This document shows positions 62,275 through 64,000 of a stretch of 64,000 bases of DNA, one piece after another. The stretch covers positions 32,001-96,000 of the forward strand of contig JBBIML010000010.1 in assembly GCA_037444405.1 (NCBI GenBank), written 5' to 3'. The position numbers and the translations under genes are program-made. The notes beneath the pieces were generated by a model. The model made no database searches. It saw only the letters and a list, made by a program, of their open reading frames with translations, and was not told the origin of the DNA. The stretch's first letter is position 1. Every line of letters begins with the position of its first letter. Source of the DNA: Armatimonadota bacterium (GTDB lineage Bacteria > Armatimonadota > Fimbriimonadia > Fimbriimonadales > GBS-DC).

Positions 62275-63024
62275 TTATTCTTCGGGTTTCCTCCTGTGCG
62301 AGGGTGTTTCTGAATTGAATCGCACAATCTTCTCCCAATCCAGTGTCCCTTCCTCATCCGCAAATTCATTCAGGAGATCGCGAGTAAAGCGGTTGACAGC
62401 CTTGCTCCACTCTTGTTGATACCGCTCACGCTGCTTATCAGGGTAGTCTCGCATCAGGTGCACTAATTTGAGGTAGAAATCGGGATCCCCTGTTATCTCT
62501 TGCCAGAATGCCTGACCTGAAATAATGCGATACCTTCTGCTTTTAGTAGGTTCGCTGATGCGCTTGCCATAAGAGCATCCAAGAATGGGATCGAATTGCT
62601 TGCGAAGATTTTTTAAATGCTGGCGAAGCCGATTCTGCAGTTCCTGAAACTCATCATTCATTCTGGCGGTCTGGCTGGAGTTGAAGACATTCGGTCCCGA
62701 TTTGACAGCGATAGCTTTATAGGTGTCAGTGTCGATTTCGATATCGACCCCTTTCGCGCTGGACTTTTTTCCACCACTCACTGCCAGTACGATCGGCTCT
62801 ACAAATGCATCGCCAAAGATAGTCTCATCCGATGCCTGTGTGTGAATCTGCAAAAGGTATTCGACCAGCTCCGCTGCTGTACGCAGCCCGATTGCCCGCA
62901 TCAGGTACGGATTCTTTCGTTTGAGAACCTCCCTCAAGCCCAATGTTGACAGGTTCTCTATGCGCCTTCGATAAAATTCATCTAAACATCTTTTTATTAA
63001 TAACTCTAATTCATTTATGTTCAT
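62275..63024 (-). CDS. type II restriction endonuclease (PmeII/EcoO109I-like)
   Basis: KRKNPYL, SDETIFGD, GVDIE, AVKSGPN.FN, GQAFW. Confidence 0.75.
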   Translation of the reverse strand: MNINELELLIKRCLDEFYRRRIENLSTLGLREVLKRKNPYLMRAIGLRTAAELVEYLLQIHTQASDETIFGDAFVEPIVLAVSGGKKSSAKGVDIEIDTDTYKAIAVKSGPNVFNSSQTARMNDEFQELQNRLRQHLKNLRKQFDPILGCSYGKRISEPTKSRRYRIISGQAFWQEITGDPDFYLKLVHLMRDYPDKQRERYQQEWSKAVNRFTRDLLNEFADEEGTLDWEKIVRFNSETPSHRRKPEE

Positions 63025-63904
63025 ATGAGACTTTCCCCTCCGCAAAAGTATATAAGTTTGGCTCCGCCTGCTCTCTGGCGATTCGCTCTTCAGCGAGACG
63101 GACATACTCCTCTTTGATTTCGATGCCGATATAGCGACGGTCCAGGCGAAGGCAGGCAATGGCGGTTGTGCCAGAGCCGATGAAGGGGTCCAGCACCACA
63201 TCGCCCGGTTCAGTGAACAGCTTGATAAACCATGCGGGCAGGTCTACAGGGAAGGTTGCTGCGTGGTAGCGATTATAGCACTCGGTTGCCATGTGCAACA
63301 CATTGGTCGGGTAAGCCCATTCGCGCCCGATCCAGTTCGCCACGCGCTTGCCGAATCCGCTCCCCGCTCGTGAGTTGAAGCGGTACAGGTCGTTCTCGCC
63401 CAGTTTCTTGAGGCGTCCGTGTCGCCAGCTGCCCATCGGCACCATCACCGCCTCCTGAAACATTTTGAACTGCCGCTGTTTCGTAAAGTGCAGAAGCCTC
63501 TCCCACGCATCGCGGAACCGATTGGGCCATTTGCCGGGATAGCAGTTCTTTTTGTGCCAGATGTATTCTTCTGTCCAGAGCCAGCCCTGCTTCCGCATCT
63601 CGAGGATGAGTTCCAGCACATAGATGTGGCGCTCGCCGTTGACCACACGCTCCTTGATGTTCAGCACGAAAGAGCCTGTCGGCTTCAGCACGCGCTGAAG
63701 TTCGGCGGCAATCGGCAGGAACCACTCTACATAGTGGTCGGGATGAATCCCGCCGTACACATTCCTGCGCTGGTCAGCATAGGGCGGCGAGGTGATGATG
63801 AGATCGACGCTCTCATCCGGCAGCTGTTTCAGCACCTCGCGACAATCGCCGTGAATGATACGGTTCAGGAACGGCGCAAGTTGTGCCTCGTAAGCCTGCT
63901 GCAT
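63011..63904 (-). CDS. beta-class N4-cytosine DNA methyltransferase
   Basis: TSPPY, H.A.FP, DPFIGSGTT. Confidence 0.9.
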   Translation of the reverse strand: MQQAYEAQLAPFLNRIIHGDCREVLKQLPDESVDLIITSPPYADQRRNVYGGIHPDHYVEWFLPIAAELQRVLKPTGSFVLNIKERVVNGERHIYVLELILEMRKQGWLWTEEYIWHKKNCYPGKWPNRFRDAWERLLHFTKQRQFKMFQEAVMVPMGSWRHGRLKKLGENDLYRFNSRAGSGFGKRVANWIGREWAYPTNVLHMATECYNRYHAATFPVDLPAWFIKLFTEPGDVVLDPFIGSGTTAIACLRLDRRYIGIEIKEEYVRLAEERIAREQAEPNLYTFAEGKVSYEHK

Positions 63905-63928
63905 ACTACCGAAAGTATACCTCAAGCT

Positions 63929-64000
63929 CTACCGCCAGCGGCGGTATTCGGCGGCGACACGCTGTTGCACATCGCGCAGCGCCTGTTCGGGCGTCTTGTT
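63929..64000 (-). CDS. 3' end of probable sugar ABC substrate-binding protein (partial)
   Basis: ...NKTPEQALRDVQQRVAAEYRRWR*. Confidence 0.45.
   Translation of the reverse strand, partial: NKTPEQALRDVQQRVAAEYRRWR

Overview
GC-rich (roughly 60-65% by eye) bacterial chromosomal segment, mostly housekeeping genes: hppD, pckA, dnaN, mutS, cmk, folC, rtcB (with intein), aroE, gmk, meaB, rsmI, rpsB-tsf-atpD-atpC and a TroABCD-type metal ABC transporter. Diderm envelope genes (GT9 heptosyltransferase, Omp85 protein, SLH-anchored barrel protein) and a secreted protein ending in a GDVDGNGCVDDADLL dockerin/EF-hand-like module suggest a probably thermophilic Armatimonadota (Fimbriimonadales-like); this is inference. 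Lower-GC accessory patches lie at 1-800 (HTH-nuclease), 34-37.2 kb (FN3 gene plus two paralogues), 37.8-40.1 kb (R-M pair plus methylase remnant) and 62.3-63 kb (second R-M). No rRNA, tRNA, CRISPR array or transposase was seen. The best unannotated signals are: (1) a candidate sigma54-driven ~100 nt sRNA before mutS with two hairpins both displaying UCCCUCC loops; (2) a palindromic repeat family translated inside folC and at the end of a kinase gene; (3) the FN3/paralogue cassette; (4) pervasive GG-TANNNT promoters 6-11 nt from start codons; (5) strong avoidance of GGCC, ACGT and CTAG. All coordinates were counted by hand and family calls come from motif recognition, not database searches.
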